Shown here: positions 8,504 to 16,963 of the stretch, piece after piece
How positions within the stretch are numbered: position 1 is the stretch's first letter
How the letters are laid out: each line of letters starts with the position of its first letter
Source: a virus
Direction: 5' to 3' (one strand)
Length of the DNA: 64,000 bases
Virus record (IMG/VR): IMGVR_UViG_3300020171_000019
Span: 1 to 64,000 of that record
Notes under the pieces: model-generated
What the model saw: the letters and a program-made list of their open reading frames with translations, nothing else
The model's database searches: none
What the model was told of the DNA's origin: nothing
Translations under genes and position numbers: made by a program

Positions 8504-9638
8504 ACGCACAGAACTACTGAGGGCTCTTGAGTCTGTTGTATCTGCGGCACCGGGCAATCCGTCACTGCCGATCTTGTCAACTGTAGCCCTAATAGCGCAT
8601 GATGGTAGATTGATAGCGCGATGCACTGACCTGGACATATCAATCGCAACTACGGCAAAAATGATGATGCAGGCTACAGGGGATTTGACCCTGGTAAATG
8701 ACGAGTGGTCAATATGCCTTCCTGCAGCCAAGCTCCTGGAGTTGGTGAAGGTATTTGACGATGGAGAAATCCGCGTGGAGGCAGAGGTTGACCGTGTAAC
8801 TCTTCATACCGCCAATGGCAAGTATAAACTGGCCGGAATGGATGCAGAAGACTTCCCGGCAGACTCCAAGATGGACAGTAACCAGCAAATCGAATTCAGT
8901 CCGGAGGAGGCGGAGGTCTTCGGAGAAGCACTGAACAAGGTGGTGTTTGCGGCGAGCACAGACACTGCAACAAGGACAATACTCACCGGTGTGCATATGA
9001 AGGCAAGCGGTGGTAGCTTGATGCTCAGGGCCACGACTGGATACATGGCCGCAATGTGCAGAATCCCGGCAGCCGGAGAGATGGATATTGTGGTGCCGGC
9101 CAAGGCCGGAATCCAGAAGATCATCCGGATGTGCAAGTCTGGCGAGCCGGTAGTTGTGCGGTGGAAGGATGCGTTTCTTGAGTGCGAGTCTGGGCCGACA
9201 AGACTGGATTGTCGGTTACTTGAGGGGATATACCCCGACGTTGAGCGGATCATCCCGGAGCACACAACAAAAGTGACGTGCAATGTGGCAGAGTTACGGG
9301 GTGTTGTTCTGCGTAATCTGTCAATGGCCGACGAGAACTCAGCACTGAGATGCGAGATTGCAGGGAGTGAAGTCACGATGTCGGCGCAGTCAGGCGCGAA
9401 GGCGACTCAGGCGACTGAGACCGTCGCGGTAAAGACAGAAGGCAAGGAAACCGTAGTAAGCCTGAGCTGCAAGTATCTCTTAGATGTGCTGAAGCGAATC
9501 GACTCCGAGGAGGTCGTTTGGATGATCAAGGGGCCTATGGACGCAATGCTCTTGAAGCCTGCAGATAACGAGGATCAACGTTTCGTGATTATGCCGATGC
9601 GCGGGCCGAAATCAGACCACGAGGAGGCTGATGGATAA
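8493..9638 (+). CDS. dnaN: DNA polymerase III beta sliding clamp
   Basis: IERTELLRAL, LPILS, TDLDISI, CLPAAKL, VVFAAST, RTILTGV, RLLEGIYPDVERIIP, KYLLDVL, FVIMPMR. Confidence 0.92.
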   Translation: MPIERTELLRALESVVSAAPGNPSLPILSTVALIAHDGRLIARCTDLDISIATTAKMMMQATGDLTLVNDEWSICLPAAKLLELVKVFDDGEIRVEAEVDRVTLHTANGKYKLAGMDAEDFPADSKMDSNQQIEFSPEEAEVFGEALNKVVFAASTDTATRTILTGVHMKASGGSLMLRATTGYMAAMCRIPAAGEMDIVVPAKAGIQKIIRMCKSGEPVVVRWKDAFLECESGPTRLDCRLLEGIYPDVERIIPEHTTKVTCNVAELRGVVLRNLSMADENSALRCEIAGSEVTMSAQSGAKATQATETVAVKTEGKETVVSLSCKYLLDVLKRIDSEEVVWMIKGPMDAMLLKPADNEDQRFVIMPMRGPKSDHEEADG

Positions 9639-9933
9639 GATATGCGGAAACTGCAGGCACTTCTCCCATTCTCGGGGGCCAACAGGACGACCAAGACCTA
9701 AAGAGCCAGGTTATTGTGGTTGGAGGTGCAAAGCGCTTGACGAGTGGCCTGCAGTATGGCCCACGGCATATGAGGAAGATCGAGGGTTTCGGGATTGCAC
9801 TCCGCTACCACCACGGCAAAAGACGCGGATTTACAAGGAGACTGGAGGGTCATATCGTCCATGTCAGTGCTGGGAAGCACAAGAGCAAGCGGCCAAGGCA
9901 GAGAAAACGGAGCAGGTAGCGTTCAATGTTTGA
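9631..9933 (+). CDS. Cys-rich hypothetical protein
   Basis: KICGNCRHF...GYC...CQCW; SD GAGGAGG. Confidence 0.55.
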   Translation: MDKICGNCRHFSHSRGPTGRPRPKEPGYCGWRCKALDEWPAVWPTAYEEDRGFRDCTPLPPRQKTRIYKETGGSYRPCQCWEAQEQAAKAEKTEQVAFNV

Positions 9934-9941
9934 TACACAAT

Positions 9942-10120
9942 GCCCGGTGTGCCCGTAATGACCAATGGTGGGGATCCTTGTGGCAGGCGAATAGGTAAGC
10001 CTAAATAGGCCCAACCCCTAGCCCGCGCCACAGGTTGGGCCAGATTGCCGAGACCGGTTCGTGGCCGGCTTTGACGACAGCGGTATCTGATGATGCGGGT
10101 TCGAGTCCCGTCACCGGGCA
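9942..10120 (+). ncRNA. ~180-nt tRNA-like structured RNA with expanded, pseudoknotted central domains
   Basis: 8-bp closing stem GCCCGGTG/CACCGGGC; canonical T-arm GCGGG-TTCGAGT-CCCGT; fills a 210-bp gap between the + strand genes ending at 9933 and starting at 10144. Confidence 0.7.
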
Positions 10121-10582
10121 ACAAAACGAAGAGAGGAACGAATATGGAAGACGAAGACATTTGCGGGTTTTGCGGATTGCCTGGAGCAGACAAATACCCG
10201 CACCCTGTTCGCTGGCCAGACGAGGACAGTGCTGGGACTAAGCTCGTGCATGCTGAATGCGAGGCAGAGGAATGCGCAAGGGCAAGTGCACTATGTCAAG
10301 GCAAGGCGCGAGAAGATTTCCTACGACATTTGTAAGGAGCAGAAATGACAATAGAAGAATTGAAAAACACAACACTTCCCTTTGATGTTGTTTGCACCAT
10401 CGGTTGTTCTTCGCGTGGCACGGTAATAGGTTTCTCGGAACAAGATCCACTTGATGTTGGTGGTGGAATGTTTCCAGATATGCCTACTGTTTATTTCAAG
10501 GGCGGCGGCTGGCTGTTGGTAAGTCATTTGCTGAGGCATTACGAATTGGCAACCCCCACAACTCCCGTCACCGGGCAACAAA
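10106..10582 (+). repeat. 20-bp perfect direct repeat of the tRNA-like RNA 3' end (10106-10125 and 10563-10582)
   Basis: TCCCGTCACCGGGCAACAAA occurs twice, flanking two small ORFs. Confidence 0.9.
10144..10335 (+). CDS. Small zinc-binding hypothetical protein
   Basis: SD GAGG; CGFC...HAEC. Confidence 0.55.
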   Translation: MEDEDICGFCGLPGADKYPHPVRWPDEDSAGTKLVHAECEAEECARASALCQGKAREDFLRHL

Positions 10583-10593
10583 TAACAATGTGA
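10345..10593 (+). CDS. Hypothetical protein
   Basis: SD AAGGAG; ends across the second 20-bp repeat. Confidence 0.55.
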   Translation: MTIEELKNTTLPFDVVCTIGCSSRGTVIGFSEQDPLDVGGGMFPDMPTVYFKGGGWLLVSHLLRHYELATPTTPVTGQQITM

Positions 10594-10600
10594 GGGCAAA

Positions 10601-10822
10601 ATGCCGACCAAGGATAAGCACGTGAAATTAGACTCAGGCCAAAAACATCTTCTTCGATTAATAAGAAGGGATTGCCACACCGATGGGTGGACAACAGTTA
10701 GTGAGAAGGTTCTGCCATTGGTAGAGATGCTGCCGAGCCAACTTGTTAGGATTGGACCCCTCGGAGCACAGTTGACACCCGAGGGGAGTAGCGTCGTGAG
10801 CGCGATGGACTGGCTGGAATGA
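10601..10822 (+). CDS. Hypothetical protein
   Basis: SD GAGG; 73 aa. Confidence 0.5.
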   Translation: MPTKDKHVKLDSGQKHLLRLIRRDCHTDGWTTVSEKVLPLVEMLPSQLVRIGPLGAQLTPEGSSVVSAMDWLE

Positions 10823-11171
10823 ACATTGTAAGGTGATGTCCGACGGAGAGCGAAGGAGCATCGACATGACTTTTGACGAATGGTGGTCTGGGTACTGGAA
10901 AGATTCAGAATCAGTAACGCCGATTCTACAAGCAGCCTTCCGGGAGGTAGCTTACCGGGGGTGGAAGGCCAGAGAGTCTATTCTTCCTCCTCCTGTCGAA
11001 TGGCGTGGAGAGGACATTGATGAAGCTGCTGAGTATTTATGTAGATGCGGCTGAAACCTAGTGGAAAAAGCTGGTAGCAGGCGCTTCGGAGCTGTTGTGA
11101 TCCTGGTCGCGGATCTGTCCTCGCATGGTTTACTCAGTTGCCAGCCGACGCCACATACATATGGACATCAC

Positions 11172-11663
11172 ATGAATATCTGGCTCATAGCTGATACACA
11201 TTGGGGTCACGAACGGTTACAGGTCCTCGCAGAGCGCCCCGCCGATTTTGGTGAGCAGATCATCAAAAACTGGAGAGCGACAGTCGGAATGGACGATCTC
11301 GTTATCCACTTGGGAGACGTGATATGGAAACGCGACTCCGAGTTGAAGGGTGTGCTCGAATCGTTGCCGGGGTGGAAGGTTCTGGTTCGAGGGAACCACG
11401 ATCATCAGCGGACACGGTGGTATATGACGCGCGGTTTCTCATTCGTCTGCGAGATGTTCGTCCGGAAAGGCGTGTTGTTTACACACGTGCCGTTCTTCCC
11501 GGTGCTTCGGGACAGGTTTACCGCCAACGTACACGGACACCTGCATGGAGGTGCGGAGATACGTCATACCGATGAGATGGACGGAGTATATGATCCGTCA
11601 TGGCACAAGCTCGTAGCACTTGAACACCACTACTCACCCATCAGACTGGAGGATGTCACATGA
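11172..11663 (+). CDS. Calcineurin-like metallophosphoesterase
   Basis: DTHWGH, HLGD, GNHD, FTH.P and HGHLH motifs. Confidence 0.9.
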   Translation: MNIWLIADTHWGHERLQVLAERPADFGEQIIKNWRATVGMDDLVIHLGDVIWKRDSELKGVLESLPGWKVLVRGNHDHQRTRWYMTRGFSFVCEMFVRKGVLFTHVPFFPVLRDRFTANVHGHLHGGAEIRHTDEMDGVYDPSWHKLVALEHHYSPIRLEDVT

Positions 11664-12361
11664 AGGACATATTGTCGGTGGTTGTAGGCTCCAGACTACA
11701 CGGACTACACCAGGATACATCAGATACGGATATCCGAGGAATCTTCCAGGAAGACATAGAGGAACTGATTTCCCCATTCAGGACTCCCAAGACGACACAC
11801 TGGACGGAGGGAGATGAAGACAACACGTCATACGAGCTTCGTCACTTCTGTAAAATGGCAGTCCAAGGAAATCCGACAATACTTGAGATTCTGTGGTCGA
11901 ATCAGGTTGTCCACACGACACCTGCTGGCACTTATCTGCAGATGTGGCGTCATGATTTTCTCGACAGCCACAATATCTATGAGGCACATAAGGGGTATGC
12001 GCACAACCAGTACAAGAAGATGAACCTGTTTGAGCCAGACGCCAGAACTCCCAAGTTCGCAGTGGCGTATCTTCGGTCCCTAAGACAAGGGATCGACTTG
12101 TTGTTAACGGGGGACTTCTCACCGCAGGTAGCAGAAGGCGACAAGGAGTTCTTGATGGAGGTCAAATACTCTTGGAATCCCGGGTTGATCCCGGTTCTAT
12201 CCCGCAAGTTCGCGGAGCTTCAAGTTGAGTTCGCCGATGTGTACGCTCAGAACCACGACCGACTCAAGCCAGACATCGGAATAATAGAAGAGTTTCTTCT
12301 CGGTGAGTACACGCAGCTTTTTCCAGTCGTCCGTCCCGCGTGGACAACAGATAGAAGTTGA
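11660..12361 (+). CDS. Pol-beta-superfamily nucleotidyltransferase (Nuc-transf / RlaP-like)
   Basis: VVGSRLHGLHQDTSDTDIRGIF, YELRHFC...GNPTILEILW, GYAHNQ. Confidence 0.8.
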   Translation: MKDILSVVVGSRLHGLHQDTSDTDIRGIFQEDIEELISPFRTPKTTHWTEGDEDNTSYELRHFCKMAVQGNPTILEILWSNQVVHTTPAGTYLQMWRHDFLDSHNIYEAHKGYAHNQYKKMNLFEPDARTPKFAVAYLRSLRQGIDLLLTGDFSPQVAEGDKEFLMEVKYSWNPGLIPVLSRKFAELQVEFADVYAQNHDRLKPDIGIIEEFLLGEYTQLFPVVRPAWTTDRS

Positions 12362-12741
12362 TGCCCTTCATCCGTGAACGATACTCAGTAGACTGGCCCG
12401 AAGTCAGCAAGAGAATACGGGAACGAGACGGCCAGCAGTGCAAGTGGTGCGGGGTTGCGAATCACGCTATAGGCTACAGGGACGAGGATGGCAGATTCCA
12501 CAGGGCAGGCATAGGCGACGAAAGTGTTTGTCTTGATGGTTACAAGCTGATTCGGATTGTCCTGACGGTGGCGCATGTGAACCATGATCCGACAGATAAC
12601 CGAGACGAGAATCTTGCGGCACTCTGTCAAAGGTGTCATAATAGGCACGACAGGGAGCACAGGAACGTAACGGCAGCACAGACACGGAGGCGGAAGATGC
12701 GAGAACAAGGACAGTTGGAATTGTTGGAGGTCCCAGGGTGA
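12361..12741 (+). CDS. HNH endonuclease
   Basis: RDGQQCKWCG...VLTVAHVNHDPTDNRDENLAALCQRCHNRHD. Confidence 0.88.
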   Translation: MPFIRERYSVDWPEVSKRIRERDGQQCKWCGVANHAIGYRDEDGRFHRAGIGDESVCLDGYKLIRIVLTVAHVNHDPTDNRDENLAALCQRCHNRHDREHRNVTAAQTRRRKMREQGQLELLEVPG

Positions 12742-13051
12742 AGCCGGACAAGGTAAACATCCTGGGGATCGAGTATACAATTCAGTATGTGCACACGCCT
12801 TCGGAAGTTGATAATCAGAAGAGAGATTCCCTGTGGGGCCAGATCGATCTATGGGATAGAACAATCCGTATCTATGACAATGGCCGCTCCAACGAAGACA
12901 TCCTGCGGACTCTCTTGCACGAGATTCTACACGGAATTGGGGCTGCTATGATGCTGAATTCCACGAACACGAGAAGGAAGTAGAATCTATTGCACTGGCT
13001 CTTGCGGATGTCTTGAATAGGAACGGATGGCTTGCTAAAGAAAACCCTTGA
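12738..13051 (+). pseudogene. Zincin-like (HExxH) metallopeptidase with a -1 frameshift near the 3' end
   Basis: TLLHEILHGI; the -1 frame from ~12960 continues HEKEVESIALALADVLNRNGW..* to 13051. Confidence 0.65.
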
Positions 13052-13077
13052 CAAACTGGTGGATGTTTTGATATATT
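13048..13077 (+). promoter_or_regulatory. Sigma70-type promoter of the packaging operon
   Basis: TTGACA-N18-TATATT with TG extension. Confidence 0.7.
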
Positions 13078-13150
13078 AACGCCATGCAAAAGCTTTCAGC
13101 CTTTATAGCAAAACGCGGGGGCCGAAGTGAACCAGAGGGTAACAGAACAA

Positions 13151-13211
13151 CACAAACAGGCGGACCAGGCAAGGCCAGATGATGAGACTTGGGTTCGCCT
13201 TTTTGTTTGTG
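13151..13211 (+). terminator. Terminator/attenuator-like hairpin in the leader of the packaging operon
   Basis: GGCGGACC/GGTTCGCC stem followed by TTTTTGTTT; outer pairing CACAAACA/TGTTTGTG. Confidence 0.6.
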
Positions 13212-13249
13212 CCAATTCTTGCGGTTCCGCATAAATTGAGGGAGTATTC

Positions 13250-13819
13250 ATGGGTGACATAGCATCCAGGATCATCAAGACTGAACTGATCAAGTGGCGC
13301 GATGCGACGTGGTTGCAGGCGAACCTGAAAGAACTATCAGAGGCGTCATTCCGGGCACTTAAGACATCACTGAAACAGAATGGTTTTGCTATGCCGTTTG
13401 CTGTATGGCAGGACACGGCCAAAGCTACGTTGTGGATATTGGACGGGCACCATAGGCAAAAGGCAATGATAGAACTGGAAGGGGAGGGTCATAGATTCCC
13501 AGATGAACTGCCGGCGAACTTCGTTGATTGCCAGGATATGGCCGAAGCGGCGAAGTTGGTCTTGGTGTATTCGTCTGTGTATGCGTCGGTGACGAGCGAG
13601 GGGCTTTACGAGCACTTGGAGCGGTTTGACTTGGACTTCGACTCATTGTCACAGATGATGATATTGCCTAATCTGGACATGGAGGAGTTTGCCACAGAAT
13701 TCATGGGAACAAATGCCATACCTGATGTGTCATTCAAGACCTATGATGAGTCTATTGCTGACGGTGTTGAGGTGTGCAATTGTCCAACTTGTGGACATGA
13801 ACATGCTCGCAAAAAGTAA
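13250..13819 (+). CDS. ParB/sulfiredoxin-like N-terminal domain protein with C-terminal zinc ribbon
   Basis: LKTSLKQNGFAMP, ILDGHHR, CPTCGHE; position before MTase and terminase. Confidence 0.8.
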   Translation: MGDIASRIIKTELIKWRDATWLQANLKELSEASFRALKTSLKQNGFAMPFAVWQDTAKATLWILDGHHRQKAMIELEGEGHRFPDELPANFVDCQDMAEAAKLVLVYSSVYASVTSEGLYEHLERFDLDFDSLSQMMILPNLDMEEFATEFMGTNAIPDVSFKTYDESIADGVEVCNCPTCGHEHARKK

Positions 13820-14804
13820 CTATGTTGGTATCCTTAATCAGTCATGGGAGGAGCACCTTGCTCCACGCGACGACGATGCACCAACAGTTATCAGCACCTT
13901 TGCGGGATGTGGAGGTTCAAGCCTTGGGTATTCTATGGCGGGATTCCGGGAATTACTGGCCGTAGAGTGGGACAACAATGCAGTGGAAACTTTTAAGCGG
14001 AACTTTCCTGAAGTGCCGGTGTATCATGGGGATATAGGCAGGTTGACAGTTGATGAATGTATGCGGTTGTCTGGGCTTACTGAAGCAGGACAACTTGATG
14101 TAATGGATTCATCGCCTCCCTGTCAGGGGTTTTCTTCTGCTGGCAATAGAGAATATACTGATGATCGCAATCAACTTTTTCGACAATATGTGCGATTATT
14201 GGAGGGGTTACGTCCAAAAGTCTTCGTAATGGAGAATGTGTCAGGTATGGTACAAGGCAAGATGAAGTTGATATTCGCAGAGATTTTGCGTGAGTTAAAA
14301 TCAACAGGATACCAAGTAACAGCAACACTGATGAATGCAATGTATTACAGCGTGCCACAAGCAAGAGAACGATTGATCTTTGTGGGAGTGCGAGATGACT
14401 TAGGGGTTGCGCCAAGTTTGTCAAAGACTGAATCAAGCCCTATCACTATCAGACAAGCATGGGATGGATTGATAGTGGACAAGAAGGGACTTGGGTTGAC
14501 TCCGTTATATCTGAAGTATTGGACTGTGGCAAAGAATGGCGAATCTGTGGGTTTGTATGGTGCTGGAGGACGAAAATTGCGAATGAATAAACCAGGAACT
14601 ACAATCACAAAGGCAGGTCATTTATATCACCCATTTGAACCAAGAACTTTGGCTATATCTGAACAAAAAAGATTGGCTTCATTCCCTGATCAGTTTCATT
14701 TTGTAGGAACAAGAATAGATGCACAGAATAGGATAGGCAATTCTGTCCCTCCATTGATGATGAGAGCAATCGCAAGACATATTAGGCGATTGATTAATGT
14801 ATAA
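13797..14804 (+). CDS. DNA (cytosine-5)-methyltransferase
   Basis: FAGCGG, SPPCQGFS, ENV, QARERLIF and IGNSVPP motifs. Confidence 0.93.
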   Translation: MNMLAKSNYVGILNQSWEEHLAPRDDDAPTVISTFAGCGGSSLGYSMAGFRELLAVEWDNNAVETFKRNFPEVPVYHGDIGRLTVDECMRLSGLTEAGQLDVMDSSPPCQGFSSAGNREYTDDRNQLFRQYVRLLEGLRPKVFVMENVSGMVQGKMKLIFAEILRELKSTGYQVTATLMNAMYYSVPQARERLIFVGVRDDLGVAPSLSKTESSPITIRQAWDGLIVDKKGLGLTPLYLKYWTVAKNGESVGLYGAGGRKLRMNKPGTTITKAGHLYHPFEPRTLAISEQKRLASFPDQFHFVGTRIDAQNRIGNSVPPLMMRAIARHIRRLINV

Positions 14805-14813
14805 AGGCAACCA

Positions 14814-15314
14814 ATGAGCGAAACGGACACACATAAGACAGGGGAACAACCTACAGTAAATACGGGAGGAATACGCCGAAAAGGTAGTCCCCCGTGGAAG
14901 CCTATCGACGAGCGACGAGTTGAAGTATTGGCAGCACAAGGGTTATCAGATGAGCAAATAGCTGCTGCCCTTGGGATCAACTTCAAGACACTACTCCGTC
15001 GTAAGCAGCGATTTGAGGAATTCCGCGCTGTGATGGAGAGGGGGAAGGCCCTTGGCATTGCTCAGGTCGCCAATGTGCTCTTCCAAAAGGCCACAGTTGA
15101 CAAAGACGTGACGGCCATGATCTTCTTCCTGAAGTGTCGGGCTAAGTGGCAGGATAGGGTGGCAGTGGACATTGAGCATCATGCGGACGGTGACATCCAA
15201 GAACTTGCATCACTGGTAAGAGAACGGCGGTTACAATTGGCAGGCAATAATGGGCATGTGAAGCAGTTGCCAGAGGATACCGAGATGATTGAGTTTGAGG
15301 AGGCAACGGGGTAG
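14814..15314 (+). CDS. Terminase small subunit
   Basis: HTH (LAAQGLSDEQIAAALGINFKTL), GKA, DVTAMIFFLK; directly upstream of TerL. Confidence 0.8.
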   Translation: MSETDTHKTGEQPTVNTGGIRRKGSPPWKPIDERRVEVLAAQGLSDEQIAAALGINFKTLLRRKQRFEEFRAVMERGKALGIAQVANVLFQKATVDKDVTAMIFFLKCRAKWQDRVAVDIEHHADGDIQELASLVRERRLQLAGNNGHVKQLPEDTEMIEFEEATG

Positions 15315-15422
15315 CAAAATGATTTTACTATATTCCTCGTTGTGCATAGAATGCCACTCTCATGGAGCCACGAATAATGAGACTCAAAAATCGAATACAA
15401 TCCATATGTTTATGGGTGCAGA

Positions 15423-16910
15423 ATGCCTAAGAAAATGACCATAACCGACGCAAAACTCCTGGCGATGGAGGATACCTATTGGTTCGCCAGATATGTGCTT
15501 GGTTATGACAAGCTGGAGTCATTGGTGCACGGTGAATGGTCAAGACGGTTCGATGCCTCAGATTGTAGGCGATGGTTGATATTGCGACCGCGTAAGACGT
15601 TCAAGACGACGATATATACCATATCTTATGCGATGCGGCGGCTATTGGTCAACCCAGACCTGCGCATACTCATCGTAAACGCCGTAGAGGGGAATGCTGC
15701 AGGCTTCCTTCGGGAGATCAAGGGGCACTATGAGAGAGGTGTCAAGTTCCGGCAGTTGTTTGGGGACTGGATATCGGACAAATGGAACGAAGGGGGAATA
15801 TCCGTAAAGCCCAGGACGAGCACTCAGAAGGAATTATCCATCCAGGTCTCAGGATATGGATCAACTCTGGTGTCGGCTCACTACGACCTCATAATCGTAG
15901 ACGACCTCGTGAACAGTGATGATCGGTTCTCGGCATTGACTCGGAACAAGAAAAAAGAATGGTATCGGGACTGCATATCCTTGCTCGATGAGGGCGGCGA
16001 GATCGTCATTGTAGGCACGAGATGGCACCCGGATGATCTGTATAACTGGATCATCAATGACCTAAATAAGATGCTCAGCCCACAGGATCGATATGTTACG
16101 GAAATCGACGGTTGTTACCTGAAGGACGGGACGACCCCGCGATACCCGGATATGCTGTCGGAATCGGCGCTGAACAGGATCAAGACGGAGGTTGGGCCGG
16201 GTGATTTCGCGGCGAACTACCTGAACGATCCTAAACCGGTGGGCTCCCGAATCTTTGATATTGACACGATGGCCTTTTTCGATGGAGCAGGGGACGTGTC
16301 ACAGTATGATGAGATTTATGGCTTCTGTGACCCTGCTCTTGGCAAGTCCAATCTGGGATGTTACTCTGCGGTGGTGACGGTGGGCTGCAGGAAATCAACT
16401 ACAGCAATCGACGTGCTGGATGCGGATCTGCGGCGGATTTCGCCGGACGCCTTGCTGGTGATGATCAAGCAAAAGCACGCTTTCTATCGTTTCACAGAGT
16501 TCGGGATTGAGAGCAATGCCTTTCAAGAGCGATTGATCGGGGAATTATCTGCTCTTGTTCCTGACCTTTACGTGCAGGGAGTGCCACACAGGAGCGAGAA
16601 GGCGGGCCGGATACAGTCCCTACAGCCTCTTGTAGCTCGTGGGCAGTTAAGGTTTGCATCGGATTGGCGGAGTAGATATCCGGTTCTGATGGATCAGTTA
16701 TTGAACTGCCAGCTTGACGCGCTTCCGGCCTATGTAGACGGGCCTGATGCATTGGAGGGTGCAGTATCGCTCGTAAAGCCTGTAGAGGTCGAAGAAGACA
16801 CCTCCTGGGCTGATGATCCCTATTATGGCCCTTCTGTGCGATCAAGGGCGGCGCAGGAAGCCGAGGACATCGACGACTACGAGGAAGACCCCTACTATGC
16901 GATTGTGTGA
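15423..16910 (+). CDS. Terminase large subunit
   Basis: PRKTFKTT Walker A, LIIVDDL Walker B, VGTRWH.DD, nuclease motifs CDPA and DGPDALEGA. Confidence 0.92.
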   Translation: MPKKMTITDAKLLAMEDTYWFARYVLGYDKLESLVHGEWSRRFDASDCRRWLILRPRKTFKTTIYTISYAMRRLLVNPDLRILIVNAVEGNAAGFLREIKGHYERGVKFRQLFGDWISDKWNEGGISVKPRTSTQKELSIQVSGYGSTLVSAHYDLIIVDDLVNSDDRFSALTRNKKKEWYRDCISLLDEGGEIVIVGTRWHPDDLYNWIINDLNKMLSPQDRYVTEIDGCYLKDGTTPRYPDMLSESALNRIKTEVGPGDFAANYLNDPKPVGSRIFDIDTMAFFDGAGDVSQYDEIYGFCDPALGKSNLGCYSAVVTVGCRKSTTAIDVLDADLRRISPDALLVMIKQKHAFYRFTEFGIESNAFQERLIGELSALVPDLYVQGVPHRSEKAGRIQSLQPLVARGQLRFASDWRSRYPVLMDQLLNCQLDALPAYVDGPDALEGAVSLVKPVEVEEDTSWADDPYYGPSVRSRAAQEAEDIDDYEEDPYYAIV

Positions 16911-16963
16911 GTCGTTCTGGTATTCAGGGGGTGACCACTCCCCCCGCTGAAGCAGGGGGCTTC

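Noticed and set aside
9942-10120. Canonical tRNA, tRNA-Sec or tmRNA
   Set aside because: There is no 7-nt anticodon loop in the expected place, the length is ~180 nt, and there is no G3:U70 pair, encoded CCA or evident tag ORF. It is kept as an unclassified tRNA-like RNA.
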